From: a virus
Taxonomy: Duplodnaviria > Caudoviricetes
IMG/VR virus record: IMGVR_UViG_3300033066_001295
Coordinates: 64,001-128,000 of that record
Reading direction: 5' to 3' (one strand)
Length of the DNA: 64,000 bases
Positions 61,517 through 64,000 of this stretch are shown here, piece by piece. Under the pieces are notes generated by a model, which saw only the letters and a list, made by a program, of their open reading frames with translations, did no database searches and was not told the DNA's origin. Made by a program: the position numbers and the translations under genes. Numbering within the stretch: the stretch's first letter is position 1; each line of letters starts with the position of its first letter.

Positions 61517-61544
61517 ACTATATCGAGAGTCAGTCACTTGTCAA
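61517..61544 (-). promoter_or_regulatory. Early promoter (conserved-spacer class)
   Basis: TTGACA-AGTGACTGACTCTCGA-TATAGT-N7-ATG(61509). Confidence 0.75.
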
Positions 61545-61858
61545 CAGGAACCAACTCATAATCATAATCGTCCACATAACCGGATTCCTAATCTCGGGAT
61601 TCGTTCACCGTCACCACCCTGTAAAGTCCATCCTTACACGAATCAAAATTTATAATCTTGCTCAGCACAAATTCTGCGCCAATCATCCCAGCATCTTCAC
61701 TCAGCACCTGATAGCCACTGCTAAGCCTCTTTATAAAAGTGAGACTCTTACGCTGGTGTAGGCCGCGCTTATCACGCCACGTTCCAGTGGACAACCTGAC
61801 AACACAAACTGGTGGTGGCTCTTTCTCAGGAAAAACACCAGCCAGTGCTAGCTCTAGC

Positions 61859-62137
61859 TCATTCGATATGCTTGATAACCCCACGATGGTCAGGCTCCCC
61901 CCATACTCGTTGCTTGTTCTTTACAAGCTTCTTCAGTGCTTCATCCATCAAGTCAACACCCTGCATTTCTGCGATCTGGGCGAGGAGGAGCAGGCAATCG
62001 GCCATTTCCTCCCCATCTGTCGGGCATAAGGCAAGCTCTGCCACCTCGTCTGCCAAGTGGGCTATCTTCGCATCGACAGTTTGACCCGGAAACTTCTCAT
62101 TGGAGAAGGCAGCAACTTCTTTCTGAAAGGATAACAT
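61859..62137 (-). CDS. MazG-like / DUF550 all-alpha NTP pyrophosphohydrolase
   Basis: HLADEVAEL...EEMADCLLLL...KL..NK.R.W. Confidence 0.7.
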   Translation of the reverse strand: MLSFQKEVAAFSNEKFPGQTVDAKIAHLADEVAELALCPTDGEEMADCLLLLAQIAEMQGVDLMDEALKKLVKNKQRVWGEPDHRGVIKHIE

Positions 62138-62646
62138 CAGCGTATAAGGTGGCGAATGGCTTTTAGCTTGGCAATGCGGTGTCTTTCAACAGCAACAGCT
62201 AAAGCTTCTGTGGCAGCTTTCAGTTCGGCCATAACAGCTTCCTTGTTACAGCTACCATTAGCTTTAAGCTGGCGAAAGACAGGTGGAACATAAGCTTTCA
62301 CCCTTGGCTTAGAGCCATTCCCATTTGAACTGAAATCAACTTTTTGGATTGTTGGGACAGGTATGACAGGGGCAGAAATAGGCTCGTCCTCACCGGCAAC
62401 GTGGTTGAGTGGCCCAAGTTTGCTCACTTCAGCCTCAGTCTCCTTCAAGTCATCCTCAGAGGGTTCAGGATCATCATCTTCCTCCTCATCTTCATCTTCG
62501 CCATCTTCATCTCTGCTAGCATAAATGCTGCGTTTGGACCTTGGCTGTTCTTCAAACTCATCTTCCTCATCTTCGTCTCTTCTTGAGATAAGGGTCTCCG
62601 TGTCGTCCCACAGGGAGGAAGGGTTATAGTAATGGTTTCTTGACAT
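62137..62646 (-). CDS. Highly acidic hypothetical protein
   Basis: Long D/E tract followed by a C-terminal helix. Confidence 0.6.
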   Translation of the reverse strand: MSRNHYYNPSSLWDDTETLISRRDEDEEDEFEEQPRSKRSIYASRDEDGEDEDEEEDDDPEPSEDDLKETEAEVSKLGPLNHVAGEDEPISAPVIPVPTIQKVDFSSNGNGSKPRVKAYVPPVFRQLKANGSCNKEAVMAELKAATEALAVAVERHRIAKLKAIRHLIR

Positions 62647-62726
62647 GGCAGGGAGAACTAAATGTGTGACAAGATTGAGTGTCAAATCAATTTGACACAA
62701 TGACTGTTATTTATTTTCTACACTAA

Positions 62727-63194
62727 CTAGAATGGTATATCATCATCGTCTGGAGGCTCAAACCCATCATCGTCATCATCGAGACCACTGTAGGAATGGA
62801 ACTTGGTAGTTTCAGGTTTTTTGAGCGTCAAACTACCATCAGGCTGGCGCGTCCCCTTGCATGAAGGGAACTTCGAGCATCCAAAGAAGTAGGTTTTGTT
62901 TGTCTTGTTCTGCCTCAAACGCATGGGTGACCCACACTTAGGACACTTCAACTTGGACTCCAACTCGTAAAGCCTTCTCTCTTCCTCTAGGCTTATATCA
63001 GCTTCGCTAACTTCAGCTTTAGGTTGAGGGAACCTACTCTTTTCTGCGTAAAGCCATTCACTCAGCAGTTCATAGCAGTCCTCACACAGATGGAACTTTT
63101 CCACCTTGTAGTCATCTACGGGAGGCCCAAAAACAAGGCCTCCCGGAGCGTTAAGGGTGTTACCACACTTCTGGCAAAGAACGCTGAGACTCAC
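62727..63194 (-). CDS. Topoisomerase-type C4 Zn-ribbon protein with SSB-like acidic tail
   Basis: CPKCGSPMRLR...FFGCSKFPSCKGT; ends DDDDIPF. Confidence 0.75.
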   Translation of the reverse strand: MSLSVLCQKCGNTLNAPGGLVFGPPVDDYKVEKFHLCEDCYELLSEWLYAEKSRFPQPKAEVSEADISLEEERRLYELESKLKCPKCGSPMRLRQNKTNKTYFFGCSKFPSCKGTRQPDGSLTLKKPETTKFHSYSGLDDDDDGFEPPDDDDIPF

Positions 63195-63532
63195 GACCCT
63201 ACGTCAACGCGATAAACTTGAGGGTTTTCCTTGTCGATCTCGGCCACTGCTCGGAGAGTTCTTTCGACCTCACCGATGTGACAACCACACCGAGGGCAAA
63301 ACTCAACCACGTTAGTGGGCAGGGACGTTTGTGCTTCTGCCACAGGGGCGACCGGAGCACTCACCACCCTCTTGACCTTTGGCTTGGTGCCTGTGGGCTT
63401 TGAGGATGAATTGCGGCTCCAATGGCGACCTTCGTGGGCACGAAGTTTATGGATGGAAAGGCCAGCTTGGGTCTTGAATGACTTTTCACACTGATCACAC
63501 TTGAATACTTCTACAGCAGTTTCGGTGCTCAT
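63191..63532 (-). CDS. C2H2 zinc-finger protein
   Basis: FKCDQCEKSFKTQAGLSIHKLRAH; a second CPRC. Confidence 0.7.
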   Translation of the reverse strand: MSTETAVEVFKCDQCEKSFKTQAGLSIHKLRAHEGRHWSRNSSSKPTGTKPKVKRVVSAPVAPVAEAQTSLPTNVVEFCPRCGCHIGEVERTLRAVAEIDKENPQVYRVDVGS

Positions 63533-64000
63533 GATTGTTTCTCTTCGTCCTGTTTTGTTTCTCCCTGACCCTGCTCGGACACAGCACACGGCCAGAGGCT
63601 TGGGCTGTCAAGCCAGTTGTCTGACGAGTGCCCCTCACTTGATCTCTTCTGTTTGTCCCATTGTGAGAGGGAAAACTCCTCAGTGGGGACGCCAAACCCA
63701 AAATAGTCGATCTCGCTGAATTCTTTAAGGCCCACCTTGCCTTTAGCCTCGACAGCCATGAGCGCGAGGGTGAAAGCCCACATCACAATCTGACCCGGAG
63801 AGGTGGACAGGTAGGTGCATAGAAACTTCAGCTTTGGGTCAACAAAGTCAGCCATGCCAACGCTGGCAAGTCTGTTTTCGAGTATCTTGGCTAGGAACAG
63901 CTTGCCACTTTCAGAGGTAGCCTCAGCCCAGACAGAGGACACCTTGGTGTCATCAGCCATGAACATTTGAAGGTACATCTTCGTTTCCTCTTCGGTGAGA

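Noticed and set aside
1-64000. tRNA/rRNA genes and the many antisense ORFs in the track
   Set aside because: No cloverleaf, T-loop or rRNA signature was seen by eye (a tRNAscan/Infernal run would be decisive); antisense ORFs shadow better-supported coupled genes

Overview
This window is a gene-dense segment of a large tailed phage, probably a jumbo or T4-like myovirus (inference). It holds many short hypothetical ORFs, often coupled by ATGA/TGATG overlaps, mostly on + from 4.2 to 28.7 kb and mostly on - from 28.7 to 64 kb, with a tail-fibre-like module at 1.4-4.1 kb. I saw no rRNA, tRNA or CRISPR. The standout is a ~1.05 kb array of about 30 units of 36-37 nt (42116-43167), each with two alternating short repeats and two variable ~9-10 nt spacers. 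It begins 7 nt after the stop of a nuclease-less Nop/IS110-related gene (43175-44092), which is the architecture of a TIGR-Tas (TasA-type) RNA-guided system. Other signals read from the sequence: (1) a hidden mini-gene encoding a twin-arginine-like leader plus a T4 gp23 Gol-region-like peptide, broken by a 28-bp duplication; (2) unrelated enzymes sharing an N-terminal F-x-x-L-F-E tag, a candidate capsid-packaging signal; (3) a candidate late promoter GTAnnTAT; (4) about 15 early-type TTGACA-N16-TATAGT promoters placed for leaderless transcripts; (5) several apparent frameshifts. All protein-family calls come from motif recognition by eye, not database searches.
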